From positions 34,240 to 98,239 of the IMG/VR virus record IMGVR_UViG_3300021405_000009: a stretch of 64,000 nucleotides of DNA; one strand, written 5' to 3'. The position numbers and the translations under genes are program-made. Source of the stretch: a virus. The notes beneath the pieces were generated by a model, which was not told the origin of the DNA, ran no database searches, and was given only the letters and a program-made list of their open reading frames with translations. Positions 21,057-32,401 of the stretch are shown piece by piece (position 1 is the first letter of the stretch; every line of letters starts with the position of its first letter).

Positions 21057-23014
21057 GGAGGGGAAACAATGCAGACGCCAGTCCGAGTCTCCCTGCTTGA
21101 GTTCGCACTAAAGCGCAATGAGTGGATCAAGGCTCATTGCCTAACCGATGGCGAGCGCCAGCTATGCGTGGACTGCAAGACGCCAATCGAGATTACCGGC
21201 CCGTACATGTCGATCCACGATGCCCGCTTCGGCAATCATTGCGCCGGGCCAGGCGCAGTCATCCGGCTGGCAGTTCCGTTCTGTCCGAAGTGTGAGGCCA
21301 GCCCCCAGGAGCGGGGCTGCCTTCATGAGGATCTTAGCCAGTGGCTTAGCGCCAGGCTCGCGAAATCAACCGCAGACACTGGGATGCTCTGTTAGTCCTT
21401 GTTGGATTCCCACACCGCGTCGAACTTCGCTTCGGGGATGAAGTAAACTGCGCGCAATGCGCCGTCGAAGCGCCGCGCAAAGATCAGCATGGTGGAGCAA
21501 TCGCACTTGAACGCGAAGTTCTCCCCCTTGCCGCCGCCGATGGCGTAACTCTTCCCGTGGTAGTCGGTAGAGGTTAACTGCGCCCCGCATAGTGGGCAAT
21601 GGATGTTCATACTCCCTCCGGAACGTCATCCACCGGGCCGTCCGTGAATCCCACCACGCCGTAGCCTTCGAGGATTACGATGTAGGTGTCCCACCCAGTC
21701 CTGTCATCGTAGCCGTAGTAAGATTCGATCTTCAGTTTGTCCACGCGCACGCCCCACGGAGCCAGCAACCCCCGCACATGCGTGAGCAGCGCGGGGTAAC
21801 TGTAGAGCCGGACCGTGGTGGCCAGCGACTCGTCCAATCCCCCGCGATGCTCACGAAACCTTGAGAATGACATGCGCCTCCGCGATGTGCTTGCGCACGA
21901 CTTCAATGTCGGTCGGCAGGGCGTGAACGTCAGAGCCATGCAGGCCGGTCCTACTAAAGCAGAGGCGGCAAGCGTAATGTCGCTTGCCGCCAAACAGACT
22001 GACTCCGAGGGGCTCGCTCCACGGGAAGGCCGGGAACTCCCGCTGTATCCAGTCGTCAAACTCCGCCTGCGTCACAAAGCTAACTCGCCCTGGCAGAGTC
22101 AGAGTCGATCATCTCTGGCAGGTAATACTTATCGTCCACATAAAGCAGGTCAACGCCCTTTTTCCCGAGCCCCAGGACGGCCTGATAAATTGTGCCCTCG
22201 TTGCGGTCGGGATGCGCCTGGCAAAGGGCTGCGACCAGTTGCTTTCGGGTCATGGGGACTTTCATTATCGCACGGACTTCTCCCGCCCAATAACCGTTCG
22301 GCATCACGACCTTCTTGCCGTTCCCGTTAGCGTGTCCGTTGCCGTTCGGCCTGGCGACCGGGCCGGTGGTGAGTTTCATCACATCGCGCAAGCCGCTGGC
22401 CACCTGGTCCCAGCGCGCCTGTTCCTGCTGACAACGCAGAACCTCAGAGGCGTAGTGTTTCGCTTTAGCCTCGGCGTCTCGTAGAGCGTTTTCGAGAGTA
22501 CCCCCGACTTCGACAACAGACCTAGGTTCCGCTGCGCGCGTGAGGGTTTCAGCCATATCAGTGTGCATGGTCACTGTGTTGTTCTCCTTAAGTTGTTGCA
22601 GATAGTCGGAGACAGCTCGCTCTCCGCCGTTGGTTCGTAAGACGTTGATGGTGCGGATAACTTCGGGACTGTACTGGAAACAAATTCCAGCCTTGTGCTT
22701 TCGACGCTTAGGTAGGATGGGAACGACGAAGCGCATATTCAAACCCTCCACCGTCGATAACCGGGGCGCGCCTTCGATAAAATCGCGAGGCCGACTCAGG
22801 TGAAACATCTTTGGCTGGGGTCGATTTAAGGCAGGATCAAGTGCGGCTCGCGCACGGCCACTATGGGGCCGCGAGGTTCTCACTCTGGTGGGACATGGGC
22901 TCCCAATCACATCGCGAGCTTTTTCTCTCAACAGTTGGCTGGCGTTGAAAGTTTTCTTCTTACTCATTGAGACAATTGTAATAGGGCTTGTCAAGTGAAA
23001 ACCGACAAGCCCCC

Positions 23015-23653
23015 TCACCGGGACAACTTACGCCTAACCAAGCCCGCGATGGCCAGCAAACCGGTCCCCATCGTGACCAGGGTCCCCGGCTCTGGCGTCA
23101 CCGTCCCAAGGAAGCGCTCGCTATTCATGTTAATCTGGCCCACGCCCGTGGTACCGCATAGATCGCCACTGCCATAGAACCCTGAGTTCACGCCGCACAC
23201 CCCCAGGCTGTCCAGGTTCAAAGATTCACTAAAGCTTCCAGAGACGAGATAGACGGCGAACGCCTGCGTGTGACCAGGCAGCCGGACAAATTCCTCGCCG
23301 GTAAACGTGCCCGAGAAAATCCCGGTGCTCGGGTTGTATATCGTGCTGGTCATGGTGAACACCGGCTGGCCGAAGGCGGACTTGTAGCCCATGGAGTAAG
23401 CTTCAGGGCCGAACGGCGCGTTCAGGAAAATGTGGTTGGCGCTCAGGTTGGCGCTGCCGCCAGCGAATGCCGCCCCAATGCCAACGCCCTGACCGCCCGG
23501 CCCAATCGAGCCTTCCAGTTCGACAAAGGTGCCAGAGCTTAACGTGATGGAAGTGATGGGACTGGGCAGGTCGCGCATCGAAGAGCCGACCATCTTCTGT
23601 GGAGTTACCGCCAGCGTCAAGAAAAGCAAAGCCAGAACAGAGTAGGTTCTCAT
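23015..23653 (-). CDS. PEP-CTERM exosortase-target surface protein
   Basis: Signal peptide MRTYSVLALLFLTLAVT; C-terminal VTPEPGTLVTMGTGLLAIAGLVRRKLSR (PEP motif, TM helix, basic tail). Confidence 0.85.
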   Translation of the reverse strand: MRTYSVLALLFLTLAVTPQKMVGSSMRDLPSPITSITLSSGTFVELEGSIGPGGQGVGIGAAFAGGSANLSANHIFLNAPFGPEAYSMGYKSAFGQPVFTMTSTIYNPSTGIFSGTFTGEEFVRLPGHTQAFAVYLVSGSFSESLNLDSLGVCGVNSGFYGSGDLCGTTGVGQINMNSERFLGTVTPEPGTLVTMGTGLLAIAGLVRRKLSR

Positions 23654-26127
23654 GTTGAGTTTCCCCCGGCAGCTCTTATACCACAAAAACCAGGCCCGGA
23701 AGGGAGCTTCCGAGCCTGGAGCGAAGAAGTAAAGCCGCCAACTCTTCCCCTCTAGTTGCGGTTACGCCCCGCGTTAGAGTTCTCATTGTCCTCGCCTTCG
23801 AGGTCGATCTTGGTGCAGGTGTAGGGCAGGTTGGTTCCGGGGCTCAGCGTGACCGCTTCGATCGACCCCACCGGAGTCCAGGACTTGATCGAATGGCCCT
23901 CGGCAGCCACCACAATCGCGGACTGTCCGCCGCGCTGCACCAGGAAGGTTCCGTGCTCGCCCCGCAGGGTCAAAGCAACGTCGTAGGTTTGGACGGGCTG
24001 GTTGAACTTCATCATATTTCCTCTTTTCCGGCTCCCCTACATTCGCGATCTTCCCGCTTCACTGCCTGTGATGTCAAGTGATAATATTCCGTGCATGAAC
24101 GAAGAAAATCGTCCCAACTTAAATGCGGTCGGATTGCTCACTGACATCCTGCAGGCCATCGACAAGCGGCGGCGCGGCAAGGCTGGCGGCGCGCCCATGG
24201 CAGAGCTGATGGGCCTGGTGTCGGAGGACGTGAAGAAATTCGTGGAGCTGATCGACTCGCTGCTGGATGACCGCTTCGGCGACTCGCACGACATCGTCAT
24301 CCGCAATCCGGCCGACAGTGAGATGTTGTTTATGGTCGCAGCCACCAACAAATTCTTCGAGGATGCGATGAACAGCATAGTCGCTCCCGCTACGCGAGCC
24401 TGGACTGATTACAAAGTCCAGAAGGTGGAGCAGATCATCGTGAAGCCCGGCGACATCGAAGAGAATGAAGCGCGCTTCACCGTGGTGTTGCACGCCAAGC
24501 GGAGGAACACGTGAACAAAGAAGCAGTCGCGGCCTCCTGGTTGAAATTGCTTAAGTCTTGGCAGGCGCTGGCGTTGATGTCAGCCGAGCACATCGCAAAC
24601 TGCGATATCTGCATCGCGGCGGGATTGTTTCTAGGCAGCTATTGCAGCGTCGGCAACGCGGCATGGGCGGAACTAAAGGCGATGGAACTGCGCGTCACTG
24701 CCATCCTGCCAGAGTTGCGCGCGGCCGGGATTGACGTGGACCAGGCGATCCAACTCATCGCAGACGGAGCAGCGATAAAATGACGCCCACACGGAAGGAC
24801 GTGTTTAATCAGTTCTTGGAGCTGAACGAACTACAGCGCAACGCATTCTTCGCGCAGCTCATGATGTGGACCGATCTCAATCTGCCAGACGGCACATTCA
24901 TGGTCATCACGAAGGACCAGTACCGGCGCGCCACCCAGGGCGTCATGATCCCGGAAATTCCAGAGCTGTACGAAGTAGCGAAGCAGGTGATGCACTCCTT
25001 CGGTCTGACCTACACGCATCCTGTAACCGGCAAGAAATTCCCGCCGCCAAGGAAGAGGAAAAAATAATGAGACACGGTGTAGTAGCTGCAGCTCTCCTGT
25101 TAGCCCCCATCCTGCTGGGCGTGCCCCTGCAACCTGGCGATCTGGTGGACGGCAAGGTTGAACTGATCCCCGTCGAAGACGCGAAGACGTTCCAGCTCGC
25201 CATCCGTGTGGCCAAGGGCGTGGACGCGGATCAGGCCGTCGTCACCATCCACTACAAGGCCGACGTGCCACAGCTCGGCGAACTGTGGCTGACCAAGACT
25301 TCCGTCGTGGACGTTATTCCCGACGTGGCCGTCATGGCCGATGGCGTTCCGGTCCCGCGCGAGAGAGTGCAGCGCATCGAAGTGACGCTGGTGAAGAACG
25401 TGGAGTCGCACACCTTCCAGATGGCGGAGAAGAAGTGATGCTCGGCCCGCAGTTCTGGAAGGGCTTTTTCTTCGGCGCGATCTGGGGCCTGGTCGTTGGC
25501 GGATTCCTAACCTGGTTCTGGTTGATGCTGAAGCACGGCAGGCGGCTATGAAACCAGAAGGAGAAATAGGGCGCGAGCTGAAGGCGTCGGAACTCAAGCC
25601 GGGCACAGTCGTGATCGTCGCGCCTTCATGTCATCCACGCGCAATGCTGAGTGTGTGGGTGAAGGCCGTGGATTCGAAGCTGGTCGTGTTCTACGCTGGG
25701 GAACTGAATCTGCACATTATCAACTTCGTCCAACCGGATGGCTCGATTCAGGATGACCATGGAACGGTCGTCCGGGTGTACGAGTACCTGGGGCAAGCAT
25801 GACAGAGGAGATACACAAACTGCGCGACATGGCACCAGAAGATGCGCAACGCGAGTTCCGTGGACTGATCGTCCACCTCGGCATCGTAACCGAGCAGCAG
25901 GCGGCGGCCGTGACCTTCACGCGCGTCAATCCCGCCGATCATCCGGAGATCCCGCGTTGCACCTGTGAAAGCTGCAAGAATGACACGTCGTTCATGGCGT
26001 TCGGTATCGACCAGGAAAAGCTGTCGCCGATTCAATTTAAGCTCATCGTGGCGACCTACAACAAATACGCCGGACCATTTATTCCAGCATCCGCTGATCC
26101 TTCCGAGTGGACAAGGAAGAAGCCGCA

Positions 26128-26508
26128 ATGAAGAATGTATTCATCGAAGTAACCAACGGCCCGCAGAACTGGGGCAAGTTCATGGTCGCCCAGTTCGACG
26201 ACGAGTGGCGGCGTGGCTCGAAGATCAGCGAGTCCCGCTCACTGCTCCGCACCATCGGCTGGGGCGCTAACGACATCGTTGTCTTCGATCTGCAGACGCT
26301 CGAAGGCGCAGCATTCTCTCCACATGGCGGACACGGCAACGCGCACTGCGACCTGGAGAAGCATAAGGTCTGGGTATGTCCAATGTTCGAACCGTTCCTG
26401 GCCTGGCTGTACAAGCAAGACCTCAGCGACCTCGACAAACTGCCGAACCACGTCGATCTGCCGGACGCGCCGTTCGCGATGCACGGCTACCGCCGCGAGG
26501 GAAAATGA
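26128..26508 (+). CDS. Conserved hypothetical phage protein
   Basis: NWGKFMV...VFDLQTLEGAAF...DLEKHKVWVCPMFEPFLAWLY. Confidence 0.6.
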   Translation: MKNVFIEVTNGPQNWGKFMVAQFDDEWRRGSKISESRSLLRTIGWGANDIVVFDLQTLEGAAFSPHGGHGNAHCDLEKHKVWVCPMFEPFLAWLYKQDLSDLDKLPNHVDLPDAPFAMHGYRREGK

Positions 26509-26698
26509 CGATCAAGCTTACTCCAGAGCAGCGCGAGCGCGTGATCGCAGAACTGCAATCGCGGACGAAGCCTGTCGCGGAGATGACCGACGAAGAGATT
26601 ATGGGAATGATCCAGCGCGGCCAGGGCCTGATGATCGAGTGTGATCCAGAGTACGCGGCCAAGTACGCGCCAAAAGAGAGGAAAAAGAAGGGCGCAGC

Positions 26699-27274
26699 AT
26701 GAAAACCATGAACTGGCAAGACAAGTTCCGCATTTACACCCTCCTGCTGCTGATGGTGCTCGGAATCGTCCCCAGCCTCCAATGGCACCAGGTGATCAAG
26801 CAGCGCGCGAAGCTGAATGCCGACATCAAGGCGTTCAATGCCGACGTTAACGCGAAGCTGGCACAGATCAAAGAGCTGCAGAAACATACCGTCGAGCTGC
26901 AGAAACAGACCGGCCAACTCAGCGGATGTCTGGCGGGTCCGAAGCCAGAGATCGGCGGCCCACACTGTCACGCGGTCACCGTGAAGAAAACCAATGGAGG
27001 TTGCGCCCAGCACGACGGCGCGTTCTCCTGTCACTACGACTTCCTGCAGCCTCAGACCTGGGGTCGCTGCCTCATGGAGGTTGACAACAGTCTCGACTGC
27101 GAGAAGGGTGGCGTGTTGTCCCACTACGAAGACGGCGCGGCAATTCCAGCCTGGAACCTTGAAGCCAAGAGTTGCCCGTTGTTGAAGGACCAGATCGCCA
27201 AGTTCGGCCAGGACCCGACGATGACGATGCCAGTGACGATCGAGATGCCGCACAAGGAAGCGCCGAAGACATGA
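26699..27274 (+). CDS. Membrane-anchored coiled-coil/Cys-rich protein
   Basis: N-terminal TM helix, coiled coil, multiple Cys. Confidence 0.55.
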   Translation: MKTMNWQDKFRIYTLLLLMVLGIVPSLQWHQVIKQRAKLNADIKAFNADVNAKLAQIKELQKHTVELQKQTGQLSGCLAGPKPEIGGPHCHAVTVKKTNGGCAQHDGAFSCHYDFLQPQTWGRCLMEVDNSLDCEKGGVLSHYEDGAAIPAWNLEAKSCPLLKDQIAKFGQDPTMTMPVTIEMPHKEAPKT

Positions 27275-29211
27275 GCGAAGACGGTCTCGTAAAAGTATTC
27301 GGCGGCGAGCATCCCGACCTGGAGAGCATCCCGGTTCCGGTGGGGGAGTTGTGCTTCCATTGTGAGGAAGTGATTGCCGAAGGCGAGCGCGGGTTCAGCA
27401 GCATGTACATGGGCGAGCAAGGTTCACGCCGTATTTATTTCCATCGCGACTGTTTCCTGCGCGGCATCACCGGCAGCGTGGCCCACATTCAGCACAAGTG
27501 CTCCTGCTATGTGCCGGGCGCAGAAGAAGGCGATCCTCCGGGGATGACGAGGCGGGAAGCGGCGCAGGCAGCGGTGCTGGAGTGGGAGTTCTTCCAGAAG
27601 CGGGTACAGTGACTATGCTGCGAGCTGAGATCATGCTGCTGACCTTCGGGCGCGCGCGCATCGTCATCACCGATGACCACTCGGTCTATAACGCCTGGTG
27701 ATACGACACTCCCGAGGCGGCGGTCGCCGCTTTAGCGAAGTGGGACCGGAGCGTGCAGCCTGAGCCCGAAGGCTGGATGCGTAATCCCCAGACGGGACGG
27801 CGGCGGCCCGGTGGAGATCCCGCGAAGGAGTATGTGGACTGGTGAAATGATTAGCGGCCAGAAAGTTCGCTTCACCATGGGCAGTCAAACGCTGGACGCT
27901 GTGGTCGAGTTCGGTTCCGGCAATGGGCGGGCCTTATTCCTTCGCTTCAACGGAGCGGCACGCACGAACGACGGCGGGTTGTACATTGGGACGATGGCAG
28001 TCCTGCGCGACGAAAACGATCGGTGGATAGATTTACGCGGCGAGGAGATCGCGCTCGAATGGCTCTCGGAATAGAAACCTGGGTGATCTACTGGAGCCCG
28101 CGAGACGTTCCGGGCTACTGGGTAATGCGGCGCTGGGATGGGTTGGTGCCAGATCGCATCGGCTCCATCCATAACACGCTCGAAAGCGCGCGAGCAATGA
28201 TCCCGGAACATTGCGTCAAGCTGCACCGATCTCCCAATGACGATCCCGCGATCTACGAGGTATGGTTATAGCCATGGGGCGACCGAGGAAACGCTTCTGC
28301 CCTTACGGGCACGACAAAGATGCTCCGGGCGGGTCTGCCTGGAGCCGGGCCAAAACCTACAAAGGCGTTTACATTGCGAAGCGGGTCTGCGCGGAATGTA
28401 AGCGGCGGTGGGACCGGGAACACAAGAGAACGAGAAGTGCTGCCAAGATGTCGATTTACCAGAGCCGATATCGAGCCAAGAAACGGGCGCAGATGGTCAG
28501 CAATGTCCTCCATCTGGACTGTGCAAACCCTGATGAGTAGAGAGCAGTACAACGATTCCTGCCCCGGCTGCCGACCCGTCTTGATCGACACGACAACGGG
28601 ACAGGTTTTTGCCGACGATTCACCGACGATGCAGGCGGTGAAGCGCGCGTGGAACGGAACGACCGTGGAGGAGCGGCAGGCATGGCACCGCGTCACCTGT
28701 CTGAACTCGCGGCGCATCTACGACCTGAATGTCGTCGCACGGTTCAGTGAGAGGATCAAGGAAGAGCTGGAGAAACTACCCAGAGGAGGTATGGATGACG
28801 GAACAAGTAAAGACATGGGTTGAGGCGCTATTGGCAGAAGTGCAGGAGTTCGATTTCAAGATGTTCCCGCCGACCGGCAAGATCAAAAAAGGCGAGACCG
28901 TTCTGGGTAGCTGCCCGGAGAACGCCAAGCCGCTTTTCTCCCTGGCGCAGTATTACTTGCGCGAGTGCCAGCGCATAAAGCTGGAAGCGGAGTACCAGCC
29001 CGGTGGAATGTCTAAGGACGATCAGGTCCGGTTCAAGCAGATGGACCAGAAAAACGACGCGCTGATGGAGTTGTTCTGGGGCATGGTCTACGACGGGTTG
29101 GGTATCTGGGGCACCAGGGGTATTGGCGTAAGGGAGGAATGGAAGATCATCGAGACCAAGGCAGACAACCCACTCCAAATGCTCGCCGGTATCCTGGGGA
29201 CGGGGTAAACA

Positions 29212-29241
29212 TTGCAACCGATGCAAGCGATGTGGTAGAAT
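29212..29241 (+). promoter_or_regulatory. Phage promoter/operator, family TTGCAA-18-TA(T/G)AAT
   Basis: TTGCAA CCGATGCAAGCGATGTGG TAGAAT, just upstream of the excisionase. Confidence 0.7.
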
Positions 29242-29250
29242 GTTTACATC

Positions 29251-29466
29251 ATGGTTCCCGAAACCGAACGCCCCTACAGCATCCAGGACCTCTGCGTCCT
29301 GCACAATCTCAGCCCGGCGACGATCGTGAAGTTATACGAGAACGAGCCCGAAGTGGAGAACACGCAGGCGGCACTTCCGCCACGAGGGAAGTGCCGCCGT
29401 TACCGCACGCTCAACGTCCCCAGGCACGTGTACCTGCGAGTGCGGGCAAAAATGCGCAGCCGTTAA
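29251..29466 (+). CDS. Putative excisionase (winged-HTH)
   Basis: YSIQDLCVLHNLSPATIVKLYENEP...RYRTLNVPRHV; converges on the integrase. Confidence 0.65.
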   Translation: MVPETERPYSIQDLCVLHNLSPATIVKLYENEPEVENTQAALPPRGKCRRYRTLNVPRHVYLRVRAKMRSR

Positions 29467-30617
29467 TCCCAGCAGCGGACGGGGAGTTTACCGAAGCGCT
29501 CTTCCGCCCGCTTGCTGGCCGTCGTCTTATAATGCTTCTCGACCACAGCCACGGTGTCACCCAACGCATCGGCCACATCGGTCAGCGTCCAGCCCTGTCC
29601 CAGCCAGAAGTCCACGGCCGTATCGCGAAAGCGATGCGAGAGGTTGCCCTTGATGTAGAGCCCGGCGTCCTCCATGAGAGTTTGCAGGTCGCGCTGCCAC
29701 AACCCCGTCGCCGACTCGGCCAGGCTCGTGCCGTTCCAGAAGACATAGCGCGGGTTGCTGTTGGCCACGGCGATCAATTCCTTATGGAGCGATGGGGCCA
29801 GGCGCTGGCGCACGGGGCGATTGGTTTTCTTGCGCTTGATGCGCAACCAGCCATCCGCAATGCTGGCCCGTTCGAGCAGGGCAACATCGACGATGGCCAT
29901 TCCGGTCGCCACCTGGCAATGAATGAGCGCAGTCATGGGAGCGATCTTATGCGACGCGTGAGCGAACGTGATCGGCACCTGCAGAATGAGTTTCGCGATC
30001 TCCTCTTCGGTGTAAGGCTGCGGTTCCAGGCGTTCTTCGTCCTGGCGGCTGAGCTTAATGGCTTTGAGCGAATCGAGCAGCCGTTTGAGCTGGTTGGCGT
30101 CCGTGCAATAGGCGCGCAGGAAGCCGCGCAGATTCTGCTGCGCTTTCTGTCGCGTGGTGCCTGCTGGCCAGTTGGTCCAGGATGCGCGGAACTCGATCAG
30201 GTCCTCGCGGGTGAGTTGATGCGCGAAGAGTTTCCCTCGCGTCTCCAGAAAAGTTTGCAGACGGTCGAGATGGTAGGTGAGCTTGCGCAGCGTCGCCTTA
30301 CTGACCCCCTCGCCTTGCTTGCCCAGGAGATAGGTTTTGGCGGCAGCGTCGATCGACGTGGAGGGTTCGGCGGAGACGACGGTGGCCGAGTTTGGGTCGA
30401 GCAGGATTTCCCGCTCCCGCTTGGCGCGCTCGGCACCGGCCCAATCTCTGGCCCGAGCCGGAGCCTGGTGAACGAGACCCTTCACCGACCAGCGCAGATG
30501 CTTCCAGCATTTGCAGCGGCTGGAAAAGCTGTCGTCGCTGTAGGGGCAATCTTTCTTGTGGCGAACGAAGATGGTGACGGTGGGACCGAGGTAAATGTGC
30601 TGCTGAGCGGTTCTCAT
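29463..30617 (-). CDS. int: Tyrosine recombinase/integrase
   Basis: SAM-like domain, TGMAIVD (box I region), RKKT, SHRFRDT (HxxR), LGD, KHY (catalytic Tyr). Confidence 0.85.
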   Translation of the reverse strand: MRTAQQHIYLGPTVTIFVRHKKDCPYSDDSFSSRCKCWKHLRWSVKGLVHQAPARARDWAGAERAKREREILLDPNSATVVSAEPSTSIDAAAKTYLLGKQGEGVSKATLRKLTYHLDRLQTFLETRGKLFAHQLTREDLIEFRASWTNWPAGTTRQKAQQNLRGFLRAYCTDANQLKRLLDSLKAIKLSRQDEERLEPQPYTEEEIAKLILQVPITFAHASHKIAPMTALIHCQVATGMAIVDVALLERASIADGWLRIKRKKTNRPVRQRLAPSLHKELIAVANSNPRYVFWNGTSLAESATGLWQRDLQTLMEDAGLYIKGNLSHRFRDTAVDFWLGQGWTLTDVADALGDTVAVVEKHYKTTASKRAEERFGKLPVRCWD

Positions 30618-30681
30618 GTGACAAATACTCGACAATTTTTATCATTTTGTCAAGTTTTATTGATTCTAAACGACTTAAGTA

Positions 30682-30700
30682 TGGCGGAGAGGGTGGGATT
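30682..30700 (-). mobile_element. attP core matching the 3' end of a tRNA (Ser-type)
   Basis: Minus strand AATCCCACCCTCTCCGCCA is the 3' half of a T-arm, the acceptor strand and CCA; 65 bp from the integrase start; no 5' half of a tRNA present. Confidence 0.8.
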
Positions 30701-30728
30701 TGGAGTCTTGCAGCGTTTTTAGCGTTCC

Positions 30729-30743
30729 TTGCAACCGTTGCAA
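30729..30743. promoter_or_regulatory. Perfect palindromic operator TTGCAAC-C-GTTGCAA
   Basis: Idealised version of the motif overlapping the -35 of the phage promoter family. Confidence 0.6.
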
Positions 30744-30958
30744 ACGCAGGACATCCGCGTATTCATTGGCGATCAACAATGTGACCGAACATCCCAGAAC
30801 TAGCAAAACTGACACAACAGCAAATCGGCTCGACAAAAATGTGACAAAAATCACGCCCTTGACGTGAGCATTTTACCGCCCTCGAAAAGATCACCGCTTG
30901 ACCGCGATGGTAGACTGTCCTTACCGTCAGGCGACGAAACCAAAACAGGAGGACGATC

Positions 30959-31543
30959 ATGACACTGCTCAATCTATTGCAAAGAGTTCGCGGAACCGAA
31001 CGCTCAGCGCCCCTGGCCAGACTGCTCGCCGAGCTTGACATCCAACCGTTCGACACGAAGAGTGTCGAACACTACAAAGCGGAAAAGAAGGAGAAGACGT
31101 TCCTCTCCATCCTGACCACGATGCCTGGGTCCGGGTCCTGGCAAGAGATACACACTTCCACTTCCAGAAGGTTCGTAAGCCCATCGATTACCGATCCTGC
31201 TGGGCTTCTCCTCACAGAGGAAGTTGAAATGGACGCGCAGGCGCGCCAACAGGGTTGGGATCTTCGATTTTTCCACGACCGCTGTCGATTGACAGTTCCC
31301 CATGCCATATTCCTGCGCTGGCGGCGTATGAGCATCGCTGAAGCCGTGGCCACGATTGGCGTGCCTGAATACATCGCCAACAAGGCCGCACAGATTCTTG
31401 ACAAATCACCCGAGGCCGTCCTGGAAGTGGACGCTCTCGAATCGAAGGTCCGGCCTTACGATCCGTTCCTGATCGTGAAGCAGGGCGAGGAAGAGTATTA
31501 CGTCGAAGTGTGGGGCGACGACGAACGCGAATTCAGCCACTGA
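30959..31543 (+). CDS. Hypothetical protein
   Basis: AGGAGG RBS; C-terminal DPFLIV...YYVEVW. Confidence 0.65.
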   Translation: MTLLNLLQRVRGTERSAPLARLLAELDIQPFDTKSVEHYKAEKKEKTFLSILTTMPGSGSWQEIHTSTSRRFVSPSITDPAGLLLTEEVEMDAQARQQGWDLRFFHDRCRLTVPHAIFLRWRRMSIAEAVATIGVPEYIANKAAQILDKSPEAVLEVDALESKVRPYDPFLIVKQGEEEYYVEVWGDDEREFSH

Positions 31544-31567
31544 GTGTCCAGCAAAGAGGAGCCAACC

Positions 31568-31604
31568 AAGCCACAGGGATTTCACATCTTGTGGCTTTGT
31601 TTTT
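31568..31604 (+). terminator. Intrinsic terminator between convergent genes
   Basis: AAGCCACAGGGAT-ttcac-ATCTTGTGGCTT-TGTTTTT. Confidence 0.6.
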
Positions 31605-32401
31605 CACAGTCGATACCTCATCTCCCAGTGGCGGCGATACGCGTCGGCAATCACGCGCGAGACGAAGTTGCGATCGATCTCCGGCTGCAGCGGCGAGCTG
31701 GCTTCGGCCGCACGGCAAATCTCCGAGCGCTCGGTCGCATTGCGGATGACCCAATCCTCCGTGTACTCGCCGTTGCGAATAGCGATCAACAGATCTTTCT
31801 GCGGAGAGGGTAGCGTGATGATCCCGCTGCGCATCAGTTCTTCGCACTCGATCAGCAGCCGGATGATGTGCATGGCGAACTTGGTGTCGTAGCCGTACTT
31901 CGCGACCAGGTCGGGCCGATTCACGTTGCGGCTACGCTCGCCCGTCATGCGCATCAACTGCGCGGTCGCGAAGCCCAGGAATTGTTTGTAGTGCTTCCGG
32001 CACAGGAACTGCAGACGATATTTCTCGACGGCATGGAACCAGGTGTCGAACGCACCGGCTGGCACCGGCAGCGCATTCTTCGCGAAGATGGCGTGCAGGA
32101 TGCTGGGGTTCCCCTTGCAGGCCAGGTGCGCCCATTTCTGCAGCCCGTAGAGCGTGATGTCGATGTCGCTGGAATCGTTCTTGCGTTCATTCGTGCTGGT
32201 GGACCAGACGAAGTGTTCATAGCTATCGACGCCGATGATTTTTTCTGGCGGCTCGACGTAGACGCCATAGATGTCGAGATCGTCATAGCCGGAGACTTTC
32301 GCCCCGTGCAGGGCGGAGCCACCCACGAACAGGTGGATGATCTCCGTCCAGTACGGGAACTTCGCTGCCTTCACGTGGTCGAGCAGTGCGCTATCGACCA
32401 T
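31604..32401 (-). CDS. RlaP-like DNA polymerase beta superfamily nucleotidyltransferase
   Basis: GGSALHG...DDLDIYGVY, DITLY, KGNPS, GYDTKFAMHIIRL motifs of the YcgL/RlaP family. Confidence 0.8.
   Translation of the reverse strand: MVDSALLDHVKAAKFPYWTEIIHLFVGGSALHGAKVSGYDDLDIYGVYVEPPEKIIGVDSYEHFVWSTSTNERKNDSSDIDITLYGLQKWAHLACKGNPSILHAIFAKNALPVPAGAFDTWFHAVEKYRLQFLCRKHYKQFLGFATAQLMRMTGERSRNVNRPDLVAKYGYDTKFAMHIIRLLIECEELMRSGIITLPSPQKDLLIAIRNGEYTEDWVIRNATERSEICRAAEASSPLQPEIDRNFVSRVIADAYRRHWEMRYRL

Noticed and set aside
30682-30700. Complete tRNA gene or prophage boundary
   Set aside because: Only the 3' 19 nt are present and phage genes continue on both sides, consistent with attP
29139-30722. 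527-aa plus-strand ORF
   Set aside because: Antisense shadow of the integrase in GC-rich DNA; same reasoning for 2653-3528, 40032-41162, 43169-44083 and 48647-49642
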